DNA of 64,000 nt from Octopus vulgaris (taxonomy: Eukaryota): positions 103,292,001 to 103,356,000 of the forward strand of contig OX597817.1 of assembly GCA_951406725.2 (NCBI GenBank), given 5' to 3'. The position numbers were made by a program, and so were the translations under genes. The notes beneath the pieces were generated by a model. That model had not been told where the DNA came from and made no database searches. It worked only from the letters and a program-made list of their open reading frames with translations. The first letter of the stretch is position 1, and every line of letters begins with the position of its first letter. Shown here one piece after another: positions 36,386 through 48,810 of the stretch.

Positions 36386-37049
36386 TAGAAGAGATCAGAG
36401 GCAGTTGCAAATTACTATCACATCTCTTCTTTACATATATTCCAAAAATTCCTATTACCTTCCTTACTTCATTGTCAGAAATATTTTCATTGGCTCTGGT
36501 AATTTTTATTGCACATTTTATAACATATTACATTTTATTCTAAACTATTAAATATATTTTACTGCTATGAGCTGTATTTAATATAGTTTGAAGGTTATTA
36601 AATTTATTTTGACAATGTTCCAAATAAACATTTTATTTTAACAGAGATCAAATATGAAACCTATTTTCTAATTTCCGCTTCCTACAATTTTTCCCCCTAT
36701 TGCGAGGAAACAATGCTCATATTGTAAAGTTTTTTTTTTATGTGGTTACCAAGTCGCTGTTTTGGCAGAGACATTAGAGCTGATACCAGTAACGTTCAAG
36801 AACTTCCCACATAGTATCATGTAACAGTGACTTGAAAATATTGATAAAATATGTACATATTATGACGATATTCTAGAACAGTGGTTCTTAACCTTTTTAC
36901 TACCACGCCTCCCCTAGGAATTTGTCTTTCTTTCCGCGCCCCCTTGCATCTATGAATATAATTCCCTCCCAGATGTTAAATAAAATCTAAAATATGTTTT
37001 TAGTATTTTTATTTAATATGAGTTGGTCACATTATAAAAACTTACTTAC

Positions 37050-37251
37050 TTTTACTTTTACTTTTACTTGTTTCAGTCATTTGACTGCGGCCATGCTGGA
37101 GCACCGCCTTTAGTCGAGCAAATCGACCCCGGGACTTATTCTTTGTAAGCCCAGTACTTATTCTATCGGTCTCTTTTTGCCGAACCGCTAAGTGACGGGG
37201 ACGTAAACACACCAGCATCGGTTGTCAAGCAATGCTAGGGGCACAAACACA

Positions 37252-37315
<64 letters not shown>

Positions 37316-37485
37316 CATACATACGACAGGCTTCTTTCAGTTTCCGTCTAACAAATCCACTCACAAGGCTTTGGTCGGCCCGAGGCTATAGTAGAAGACA
37401 TTTGCCCAAGATGCCACGCAGTGGGACTGAACCCGGAACCATGTAGTTCATAAGCAAGCTACTTACCACACAGCCACTCCTATGT
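37050..37485 (-). mobile_element. SINE family B, young full-length copy nested in the hAT element
   Basis: GGAGTGGCTGTGTGGTAAG head through the (GTAAAA)n tail, with little divergence from the other copies. Confidence 0.9.
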
Positions 37486-37633
37486 ATAATTGTATGTATA
37501 ATCATATTATACAAAAAGTGAGATACTTGACACTGCTTCTTAGCAAAAAAAAAAGTTGTTATTTTTTAATATGAGTTAATGAGATACTTGACACTATTGT
37601 CAAACTTCTTTCAGAATCACAATATATCATATA

Positions 37634-38238
37634 CCGTAAACCCTCGAGTATAGTCCACCCTTGAGTATAATACGTAGGGGATTTTTAGGGGGCTGTACCT
37701 CTGAAAAACCTAGACCTTGTGTATAATACGCACTCCTTCTCTAATTTGAGTCAAGGAGGTCTATATAACGTCCTTGGTTTGTAAAATTGTATACGGTAAC
37801 GTCCTTTATAATTGTCTTCTTGCCTTCTTTATCTTTGGTATGTGTTTAATTTCATCTTTATTTCTTCGCCGTAACCTGACATTGCTTTCGTCAACATCAA
37901 ATTTTCTTCCGGCGGCCCTATTAACATGCTCTTCAGAATATGATATAATTTCATGTTTAAACATAGCTGAATAAGATCTACGAGGCATTTTATGGGCATG
38001 TAATGTATAAAATGTTTTATTGGAGATTAATGTACAGGTTTAAGTCCCGCTTATAAAAAAAACCCTAGTAAAGACCCACAGTAGTTCAAACATTTAATAT
38101 TGGTATTTAATTAAGTATCTATTGTTTGCCACGGTAATGATGCAAACTGCCAATACAAACAGCAGGATGAACTATTTAGCGCTAAACTATTAAGCACAAT
38201 TCAGCTGCACCTAGTCGAACAAACACTTCCGCGCATGC
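37634..38238 (-). mobile_element. Truncated pogo-like element with a Brinker-type DNA-binding remnant
   Basis: TA|CCGTAAACCCTCGAGTATAG terminus; ORF MPRRSYSAMFKHEIISYSEEHVNRAAGRKFDVDESNVR. Inverted copy of part of 50274-51211. Confidence 0.8.
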
Positions 38239-38309
38239 CCCACCCCTCGGAAATTACTGATGCTCCCCACCAGGATAAGAACCACTACTCTAGACACTTT
38301 TTGTGTGTC

Positions 38310-39850
38310 GTGGGGAGGCGATTATATCGATATGTAGCATGTTCCTCGATCAGGTCTCAGACTACATTAGTTTTCTCAGAGAATTCGTCCTACAATGTGA
38401 AATCAGCATAGCACAAAGAATATTTGCGTGCATTTTTCTGTCATGGGAGATAATAATTTCAACTATTTGTAACATCCTCTCTCTTTTTCTTTTTGAATTT
38501 TCTTAGAACGATAGTATCTCTCAAATCTACAGATATGTTGGCCTTGTTCCAATAAAAAGAAGGTTGAGGTGACGAATCCTACTGAGAGACATTTGACCAC
38601 CACATTTTATAAATTTTGATAGATTTTTGATCTGGCCCCACAAATTTGTTGTTTCGTAATTTTGAAACTGCAACTTCAAGTTTTTGTGGTGAGGGTGGAG
38701 TATCCAGGTATGGACGGAAAATTTGATGTGGGGTATTGTCAATACCTTCTGGCAATACATTTCATGAACTATTAAGTTAATTTTCGATGTGTTTTATGCC
38801 ATCTCTTCTTTAAAGCACCTTTTCGGCTAGAGTGAGGTTTTTACATGCCAGTTTTTTGGCGCTGCTCGCATTTTTGCTAACCCCAAAACATTTCTAATAA
38901 AATCTCTTGAATGTTTCTTGTCTGCATAGTCTAGTATCTCTTTGGATTTGCAATCCATCGCTAATTTTCCGTAGTTTTAACTCTTTGTTGTGCTTCTGAT
39001 ATAATAACCTCTGTCATTGACCTCAGAATTCAGAATTTTCACTCAATCAAATTTACCTTTTTGCTGTTTTGCAACTACAGCTTTTATTCTATCAAACCAA
39101 TCGAATTTCTGACAATGAAGGGTGCCAAAATTTTCTTCTGCAGAATCACGTATCACTTATTTGAGCATGATCAGCTCTTCAATCGTGATCCCACAAAATA
39201 TTTTGTTATAAAGACTGTTGCTCATAGCAGTATAATAATTGTTGCAAGTACTGAGATCTTGAAGACGTTTAATATTTAATTTTTTCCTTCCAACGTTGTG
39301 TTGAAGCTTAAATGATCGTTTTATTTTAATTTTTAATTTCGTTAAAACCATCTGTAATCAGTCTCAGAACCACTATCGGATCGTACTGATTTATTAATTT
39401 GCACATCATCTAATATATCTCATTACCATGTGATGACAAAATCTTAGAACAAGAATGCATCCATTTTTACAAGTTATTTTGGTGGAAAATTATGTTAGTT
39501 ATGGTAAATTCAATTCGCCAAATAAAGTTTTAGAAGTAACACACCATTTTCATTGCATCTATTTACTCAGGTCTGCCATTTATAACTGTGCATCATTCAC
39601 GGCTCCTTTCAATGTGAACATCAAAGTTCCAAACTAGAAATAATTTTTCATCAGAATTAATAAACATTGCACTAAACATTGCGATACATAAAAAAAAACA
39701 TCTAGACTTACTTTAGCGTCCAGAAGGGCTGGAGCAGAGCATAAACATTGAGGATTGTAAAAAATTGCTTCCTTATTTGAAGAGGAAGAAGATAAGACGT
39801 TCACATACAGAGGTTTGTAAAATATCAAACTTCTTCACCAAAAATGTATA
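38310..39850 (-). mobile_element. Ancient RTE-like LINE remnant (endonuclease to RT start)
   Basis: Fragmentary motifs across frames: TILNVYA, MVLTKLKIKIK...RKKLNIKRLQD, LDTPPSPQKLEVAVSKLRNNKFVGPD, KCGG, DLRDTIV..FKKK, LRPDRGT. Confidence 0.6.
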
Positions 39851-41063
39851 TAAATTTCACCAATAAGTTATCGTTTCCCTAAAAGTATAACTTTGGTTAT
39901 TCCCAATTACGTTATTCCATATTGATTCTGATTTCACTTAGTGGTGTAATGAGAATGTTGAAATTTCAAAGGTCACGTGACGCAAGAGCTGTTCGTTCAG
40001 GTTTCTTACAAGCTTTTAGGCCCAATTAAAATCAGTAGATATTAAGTTATGATAGATAAGAAGGTTCTTGAAAACTTTTCAAACCTCACAGTCCTCCCTG
40101 GGAGGGTACGTGAGGATTGAAAAGAGTGTACACTAATTAGGTAGTTTATTTAATATAAGATGGTCTTAAACTTTAAACTTTTATCAACATTATGGTACAG
40201 AAAGAAGGCGCAACTGATGTAAACTCTATTTCGTCTTCCCACAAATAAAGATAGGTATCAAAAATACTTTCTCTACTATTGTTTGTTTTTGTTTTGTTGT
40301 TGATGATGCCTGGGTTTTGTCAGTTTGAGAGCAATTGAGTTAATAGACTTCTGATGTTAAAGAATTCATGTAGGGTGAGCAAGGTAGCTGTGGATGGATT
40401 GCTTTTGATCGAATTCTCGGCTTTTCAAGGCCGAATTGGTTGAAGCATCAGTTATACACCACCACTAAAAACAACGGCAACCACAGCAACTACCACTACT
40501 ACAATATTATATGTACATGCAATTTATAATATGTCGAAACTGAACCAATATCATTTTCAAATACTATTCAATAGGGTGTGCACCGGCTATTTTAATCAAT
40601 GGAATGTTTAGTGACTTGATTCAAACCATTTGTATACAGCTTGCCTGAAAATATAACTTAACTGCCTGATAATATATTTCAAGTTAAAATCGTTGAGGAT
40701 AGCTTTCCTTTTGTCTAGTTGCTGCATTCGGTTATACAGGGCTTTTGATATGGAATTCATCCGCCACACTCAAAGGTGGTAGTGAAGATCGAAAACTGTG
40801 TGAACAAGTTTTCATGTTTAACATACATAAGATGGTTTAACTTTTTAAAGCTTGATCAACATTTTGGAGAAGAAAGAAAATTTATAAAATTATATGTATG
40901 CAGAGACCATTTTGCTTTCTAGTAAATAAAGAGGAACACTGTGCCAAAGGATTTTTCTGATATTATTTTTTTGCTACATGGCTGTGTGGGTATTTGTCAG
41001 TTTGAGAACCACTGCCCTAATAAAAGAGTATCTCTAGTGAGAAGATTTATAGGGTTGAAGCTT

Positions 41064-41130
41064 GTGTTATTTAGGGAAGAGTGTTGTTTAGGGAACAGTG
41101 TTGTTTAGGGAAGAGTGTTGTTTAGGGAAT
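41064..41130 (+). repeat. 17-bp minisatellite x4 (GTGTTGTTTAGGGAAGA)
   Basis: Four adjacent units read directly. Confidence 0.9.
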
Positions 41131-41810
41131 GAATAGCATAGATATTAAATAGGATTGCTCATATATAGATGCAACTGCTGGAGATCTCTGATATCTCAAT
41201 CAAATAAAAATAATTTTCCATTCCACAGTCAAACTGTTAGTTCTGGGCCAGATGCTGCAAGAATACATCAATCCTGTCCTCGACTCCTATTTTTCATGGT
41301 AGTTGGAAATATAGGCAAAAGAATAGGGAAGCAGAAAACGCCCCAATGGAATGAAGGAACAGCCCGTCGCGTGAATTGGTGATCGACGGCAATGATCTTG
41401 GTCCCGCTGCATAATTGTCTTGCGACAGTGATAGATGCTTTCTGCTGCAGTGGGCTGCTGGGTATCTAGTCTATCTTGGTCATTCTGACAGTACTGCTTT
41501 CAACTCCTGTGTTAATAACATTGCCGTTAAGGTCTGAAATAAGTTACGTTTATTATCAAGAATCATCCAACTTGTTGTGACTTTGTCAGAGTAAAAGACC
41601 CATTTCGTGTACGAATGAATGTAGGACATCACCTGCTGAAAGGGCTAGGGCTATCTCCACAGAGACCTTGAGCCCCCTAATGTCAGAAGAAAGGAGATAG
41701 AGGGTAATGTAGTCTGAGATATAGTACCTGGAGAAAGGACACGAGTGTGGTCGAGACTGGAATGCTTTTCATTATAACTCTGCTCGTTCAGCATCGAATG
41801 AGTACTAAAC

Positions 41811-41936
41811 ATCATCATCATCACCATCCTCATCATCATCCACACCACCACCACCACCACCAACAACAACAACAATAACAACAACAACAACAACAGCAGC
41901 AGCAGCAGCGGCAACAGCAGCAGCAACAACAACATC
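41811..41936. repeat. Compound trinucleotide repeat (CAT/CAC/CAA/CAG)n
   Basis: Direct reading of the sequence. Confidence 0.9.
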
Positions 41937-41949
41937 ATTAGCAATGATA

Positions 41950-42166
41950 AAGGCTTCAAATTTTGGGCACAAGGCCAGTAATTTTGGGGAAGGAGTAAAT
42001 TCAGTTACATCGACTCCGCTGGTCAACTTGTACTTATTTTATCGACTCCGAAAGGATGACAGGCAAAGTCAACTTCGGCGGAATTTGAACTCAGAACGTA
42101 AAGTCGAACGAAATGCCGCTGAGCATTTTGCTCGGCGTGCTAACGATTCTACCAGCTCGCCGCCTT
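41950..42166 (-). mobile_element. SINE family A
   Basis: GGCGGCGAGCTGGTAGAATCG head plus the family core. Confidence 0.85.
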
Positions 42167-43192
42167 CATCAACAATGATAATAACAACACAGGTACATGT
42201 CATTAAAAAAAAATTGACGACCATTGTATGGGATATATACTGGCAATTTTTATTGTCAATACATAATATATCAAACAGTTATTATATTCGATATCTGTAA
42301 ACTTCAGTGACACAATTCAATTTAATCTGAAATAGCTTACCTGAAAATATAACGTATCTGACTTGTTCGCTGATATCAATTGCTTTGATTTCGTGTAATG
42401 TTATCTCCAACAACACATGTATGGCAATGAACCTTTCCACCTTAATACCGCGAATACCATGTGCCTTTTCACTTAATACATAAAGCTGCAGCTTAGTATT
42501 ATACATATAAGCTGATTGACAACTAAGTATTGTATTTTAGCCAATCGCAGGCTTTAGAGATTCGTGTGTGAATTAGATTATTTTCGCTAATTTTAAACCA
42601 ATTTTGTTTCAAATAGCATTTTTTGTTGTTTTCTTTTTATATATCTATGTTATGCCGCATTATTGATAATTGAATCCCCCAAGGGTATTAGCGCCTTTAA
42701 AGAACGAAGTCAGTTCACTTTCACTGTTGTGTCCTTGAGAAAATCCTGACTATCATATCTCCCCGCCAAATTCTGCTTCCATGTACGAGACAACTATTAA
42801 TGATTGTATGAAAATGTAAACATTGTTTTGCACGATTTTGATTGGCTCAACTTTTAGACTACCACAGCTGACAAAATTTCTACAAAGTCAATACTTAGCA
42901 TCTTATGACCACACATTATCAATTGTAATAAGAGGCCATTCATATATGGCCTCAGGGATCCAAGGATACTCCGTTACTATTTTCTGGGGCATCTCCTTAA
43001 AAAGATGCTTACCACTTTTGAATTCCAAGAAAATCCCCTTCCCATATCGGGACTCAAATGTAGTTTTGTTTTGCCCTGCCTTGCCAAATTCCTCTCGGAA
43101 GTTCCGCTGTATATTTGATAGAATTTTAACAGAAGTGAGGATCGTATAGCATTGACCTACTGTACCAGATTGAAATTAAATCTTACGAAGTA

Positions 43193-43423
43193 GTGCATCC
43201 ATCAACCCGTCCGTCCGTCCGTCCATCCATGCATCCATCCATCCATCCATCCATCCATCCATCCATCCATCCATCCATCCATCCATCCATCCATCCATCC
43301 ATCCATCCATACATACATACATACATAAATACATACATACATACATACATACATACATACATACATACATACATACATACATACATACATACATACATAC
43401 ATACATACATACATACATACATG
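43193..43423. repeat. (CCAT)n/(ACAT)n microsatellite
   Basis: Direct reading of the sequence. Confidence 0.95.
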
Positions 43424-43429
43424 CTGAAA

Positions 43430-43893
43430 CCTCTTCTGAGAAAATCATAAATAATACTGACTACGACTGATCGATAACAATAAAAATGAGAGGAATATAC
43501 TGCCAGTACAAGAACAAGCAGTAACCGTTTACGAACAAACATAAAATAATTGAAGAATGCTAACAACCGAAAGAACACTACACAGTAAAATTCAAACAAA
43601 AATTCCCCATCATCCTTAACAAACAATTACATGAGGGAACGATTACGATACAGCTCGGGAGAAAATCGAATGACTTGATGTCATCTGCAATGGACCATAT
43701 AGTAAAAGAACTATTAGTAGAGATTGAAAATTTCAACTTTTGGGCATTGAATGTTCTGCTATACTGTACTGGGATTACCATTCTCCAACAGGTAAGAGTA
43801 TTGAAAATCTATCGTGATGAAAAGAATCAACCAAAATGGATAAACTCTCTCCAGATCCATACTGGCACACTTAAGAAAATACTGGACTATTAG
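43430..43893 (+). mobile_element. Dong/R4-like ORF N-terminal remnant (related relic at about 51820-52140)
   Basis: FWALNVLLYCTGIT...PKWINSLQ....LKK.L pattern, plus nucleotide similarity to 51820-52140. Confidence 0.45.
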
Positions 43894-45420
43894 ACACTAA
43901 CATTAAGTGGACAGCGAATAATAAATTTGCAAACCACTGGTTGCAACTTTATGATAGATTATTAAAAGTCTTTTGAGAACTGTTGACAAGAAACGCTAAC
44001 GAGCAAGTTGATAATCGCTTTTAAAGACGAACTGCGAGCAGTAAGAGAATAATTATGTAATAAGAATAATGTTCGAGAGTGAAAAGCCATCAATCATGAA
44101 TTTGTACTAAACTTATAGGCAGTGTATCAAATTATGAATGACCATCAAGATTATTAAAGCCTCTCATCTAGAGCCGTTTTGGGGAGGGATCTAGAATGTA
44201 AACAAAAATCACAACCAAGAGGAAATATATTTAGATGAGAAATGGAGTAATGTGCAAACATCTCTTCCTCTCCCCAAACTTATTATATCAACAGTAAAAC
44301 TCTACTGTCGGTTGTTGCAGAACAGCTGTGCTGATGGCCAGTCCTTGGGTAGTGTCACTAATAGTTATAAAGTACTTATAGTGAGCTGCAACTTTAAATC
44401 TGTTCTCCCTTTTTCCCATATCAAGAACAATGTATCATGACAAAGTCTAATAGAACATCTGAAAAACAAATCCGATGGGCAGATATTCTCCTACACCAAC
44501 ATTTATGAACTTAAATTCCATACTATGATTACATACTTCTTCCTACTAACATAATCATCATGTCTACAGTTTGTGTATGAAACAGATCGTCATCACATAT
44601 CTTTAACCCATATGTGCAGTGTAAACTATATTCCCGATTTGGGCTAGTTTCTAAAACTGATTCCTGCTATTGATTTTCATAATCACGCGTCATCAGTAGT
44701 CTTCCAGTTACTCAGAATAACAAAAGTTCTTTACTCTTAGTATAAGTTCTTTTCCATTTTCCGAAATACTGCCTCTATCATTTGTCTTGCCTTGAGAACA
44801 TCTATCGCAGTTAACTTCTTCCTGTCTCACTTCTACTTGTAGTCACCATTTCGCTGGTTTCAGTCAATAATTCTTCTGAATTGCGCCACATTTATAGACC
44901 GACACTGCTTAGAGCACAGGCTGAATTATATGTCACTCCGAACTGAGTGAAGGAATCAGTTTCCTTGTCTTCCTGTATCCCTGGCTGCTCACAAAATTTC
45001 AAACATTCGCGGTTTTGTTCCAGTCCTTTTTCTAGCCACCTTCCTTTGCTCATCGATCGTGTCATCACAGTCGAATTAACGCCATAGTCATCAAGTTTAC
45101 TAAATGCTCGAAAATTTGGTATTCTACACTGACTGCCCATCTACCCTTGGCAGCAAAAGAGCATCACTTTGAATCCATCCAAGACTGTTCAATAATTAAC
45201 TGAGACTATTGTTTTTGCTATGGCCTCCACGTCCCATAAACAGAATTAAATACTACAAATCTACAACGAGCTATTGATTCCTCTCTTTTATTGAAATAAC
45301 CAAACTTCTTTTGTATAATATTCATTCATTCGGTTATGATTGAATGGCTGTGAAAGTTAGTATGTTTTATATATTACATTGTGGATGTGACTATATCATT
45401 GTTACCATTCATTTCTAAAT

Positions 45421-45507
45421 ATGCACCTTGGGCAAGTGTCTTCTACTATAGCTTTGAGCCGACCAAAGTGAGTGGATTTGGTAGACGGAAAGTGAAAGAA
45501 ACCTGTC

Positions 45508-45563
<56 letters not shown>

Positions 45564-45624
45564 GCATGTATGTATGTATATATGTATGTACGTATGTATG
45601 TATGTATGTATGTGTGTGTGTGTA

Positions 45625-45695
<71 letters not shown>

Positions 45696-45910
45696 GTACA
45701 CATACACATACATATACATACGCGTATATGCATGTGTCTTCGTGTCTGTGATTGTTCTCCCCTGCCCCGCTTGACATCTGGTTTTGCTGGTTTTTCTGTT
45801 TACGTCACTGTAACTAAGACACTGATAGAATAAGTGCATATGTATAAGGTTTAAAAGAACAAGCACTGAGGTTGATTCGCTTGACTGAGGCTTTTCAAGG
45901 CGCTGTCCCA
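45421..45910 (+). mobile_element. SINE family B, headless, with expanded internal microsatellite
   Basis: CACCTTGGGCAAGTGTCTT...CGCTTGAC...GATAGAATAAG. Confidence 0.75.
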
Positions 45911-45934
45911 GTACGTACTAGCTCACGCTGTCTA

Positions 45935-46525
45935 CAGCAATGCTTAGAAGGAAGGCTTATAGCAGGTGATCGCGTCATTGACCTTGACAGAGAAAGGTGT
46001 CATGACGATATCTTCTCAGAGGACTATGCAATGTTGCAGAAAGGGTATGGAGAGTAGTGTATGAGCCGCGCACAAGTGTGAGTGGTTCAGACGTTTCCAA
46101 GATGACCGAAAAAATGTCGATATTCACGAACGTTCTTGGGGACCTGCAACCAGCAGAACTGAGAAAAACATCGCAGATGTGCGTGCAGCTATGAGGGGAA
46201 ATCGTCGAATCCGTGAGCTATCAGAGGATGTGAGGATTAGTTATGGTGCAGTTCAGTGTATTAACACTGAAAATGTTGGTATGAGACGCGTGGCTGCCAA
46301 GTTTGTGCGAAAACTGCTTTTATATGACCCAATACGACGATCACACGCAACACACCTTCCTTCGAAGCACTGCTGTAAACAGCGGAAGTGAGCTAGAACG
46401 TCAAAATTTAGTGCGCATGCACAGCCGAGTACAAGGTCAATCTTTGTCAAGCTGTTTTACCCTACGTGCCTTAGCTTCATTACTATGGCAACAATCCGGA
46501 TACTTATTGATCAGATCACTTATGT
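45935..46525 (+). mobile_element. Internally deleted mariner element
   Basis: MLQKGYGE.CMSRAQV..WFRRFQD...VRAAMRGNRR.IRELSEDV.ISYG.VQ.I...GMRRVAAKFV (mariner HTH region). Confidence 0.8.
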
Positions 46526-46535
46526 AACATTTAAG

Positions 46536-46570
<35 letters not shown>

Positions 46571-47018
46571 TTCGAAATACGGAATCCAATGTCGCTTCTA
46601 CTACTTGTATTGTTATTGTTTAGCTTCAAATCTGCCCTGAATGAGAATATGATCAAAGTTTTCTACTCATGACTAATCTGTTTTTCGTATACATAGTATA
46701 GAAAGAATTACATTACACAATATATCTTTCTATTTTATGTCTGATCACGTTTATAAAATTCGATCTTTAACCGTCTTACTACATTTCACTTCCACTAAAT
46801 AAAATCTATTCCCACGCCTTTAATCTTTGTTCCCATTTACCTATCGCACTATATTTCTCCACTTTTTAGTTTCTTGCTAATTTCTTTCTATAATTCCCTT
46901 TGACGTTATATTTATTAATGGTTTTTAAAAAAAATAACTTACCAGTTTTCCCTTCATCATATATGCAGTAATCATATTCGGTTAAAATGTTTTATTGATG
47001 TGTTTTGTTTCTCTTTTT

Positions 47019-47104
47019 TTCCATGATGAGAAGATTGCATTGTTTTACATCATTTTATTTCTTCTGGAATAATACCAATGTTTTCTTTGAAACATATGTC
47101 GGAA
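47019..47104 (+). ncRNA. Type I hammerhead-like motif, long stem II, C3A variant
   Basis: TTCC ATGATGA GAAGA..CATTG...CAATG..TTCTT T GAAA CATATG TC GGAA: stem I TTCC/GGAA, palindromic ACATATGT stem III, GUC triplet. Confidence 0.5.
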
Positions 47105-47142
47105 GTATAAAGATTTGAATAACACCTGCGTTTAACTCCATT

Positions 47143-47181
<39 letters not shown>

Positions 47182-47455
47182 GTATGCGCATGTCTTTGTA
47201 CCTGTGTTTGTGCTAGCACTACCGCTTGACAACCGGTGCTAGTGTACTCGTGTTCCCTTAGCCTAGCGGTTCGGCAAGAGAGAAGTCCTGGGGTCGATTC
47301 ATTGGACTAAAAATTCAAAGTGGTTCCCCAGCATGGCCGCAGTCTAATGTGACTGAAACAAACAAACAAACAAACAAATAAAAGTATATATATATACACA
47401 CACACACACACTTACACACACTCATACCACTATTACTTAACCATCGACTCACACC

Positions 47456-47506
47456 GTCTCTGATGATGGATATAATTAATAAATATCCTGGAAACAGCTG
47501 TAAGAC
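47456..47506 (+). ncRNA. Minimal type I hammerhead ribozyme in a Penelope pLTR fragment (about 47435-47575)
   Basis: GTCT CTGATGA T GGATA-TAATTAATAAA-TATCC TG GAAA CAGCTG TA AGAC. A homologous inverted copy lies at 55391-55442, next to a GIY-YIG remnant. Confidence 0.75.
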
Positions 47507-47570
47507 CTTCTATCTATAAATGTTCTATCTACACAGCCTTGGTTTTTTATCTCATTACGCAAAAAATTAT

Positions 47571-47631
<61 letters not shown>

Positions 47632-48753
47632 CATACGTACATACATATGCACACAATATATATGCATCCATATATCTGCAACGTGAGGAGTGTGGGGTGT
47701 GGAAGAAGGAAGCAAAAAATCATGATGAAAAGAAAAAAAGAGAAGGTAGGACTGGCGAGACGATCAGTCAGTCGGTGTAGGTAGTTTGACTTTTCTGCAA
47801 ACAAGGTTATAAAACTCAGTAATGAGAAAGATGGGAGGAGAAAACCGATCAAAAGAAATACATTAATCATAGCGATGACGAGGATGGAAAATACATAAAC
47901 TCTATCAAAGTGTAGAGATAATCACTGTAATATTGTAGCGGCCACGTCTCAGAATAAGTGTTTGGTATAGAAAAAGATTGTAAAGCGAGGAGTATGATGG
48001 TGAACTACTAGCTAGAGGACACAGAGAACAGGGATGGAGAAACATAAAAAAACAACAAAAAAAAAAAACGCGTGTGTATGACATATTTGAGTTTGGAGTA
48101 AAAGCTTAAGTATAACATATCTTGTACATATGCACGCACGCATACACACACACAGTCGCACGCGTGCGCGCACACAGATCTATCTGCATACCTGTACAAA
48201 CCACGAAGCTCCCAATGCAAAGGATATTACAATAGGCAAATATCTGCACGGGAACGTAAATGTATTTTTCCATGTTTTAAAATATTTTATTATTTTCATA
48301 TAATAAAAAATACTGACGGTCATTATTGACGGCACGGGTATAGCAGGAACTTATTATTCATTAAAAGAACCCTGAATACGCGTTGTGTCTATTGCATATC
48401 TCCCTACAAAGTTTTGTATTTAATTTGATCGTTTTATACGCGACGTGACTATTCACTACATCCTCTGGCAAATCGAATTACTTTCCAGAAAAGTAGAAAA
48501 TATTCCTACTTTTTGTGGTCACGCATTATTTTATTTAACGGCATTCAAAATTTATCAGGACACATTACATGGTACGACAAAATAAACTATAAGAGTTATA
48601 TAGACGTTGCGTGTGTGTGTGTGTGTGTGTGTGTATACAGCTCACGCTCACGGTTAGCAAAAACTGGGGTTGCTCTATATGCAATTTGGATAATTACTAC
48701 TTCCGGGGTTCCGCAAGCTATGAAAATTACATACATACATACACAAACACATG

Positions 48754-48810
<57 letters not shown>

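Larger units (their letters stand above)
36879..38287. mobile_element. Non-autonomous hAT (Charlie-like) element carrying nested insertions
   Basis: Termini CAGTGGTTCTTAACCT / AGGATAAGAACCACTA, flanked by 8-bp TTCTAGAA / CTCTAGAC (NTCTAGAN target preference). Confidence 0.75.

Noticed and set aside
41811-41936. PolyQ/polyH coding exon
   Set aside because: No splice context, and it lies directly at a SINE tail, so it is a simple repeat.
42330-42355. Minus-strand TTTTCAG|GTAAG as a recursive splice site
   Set aside because: The pyrimidine tract is short, the same motif occurs in a mariner end at about 54545, and chance occurrence is expected.
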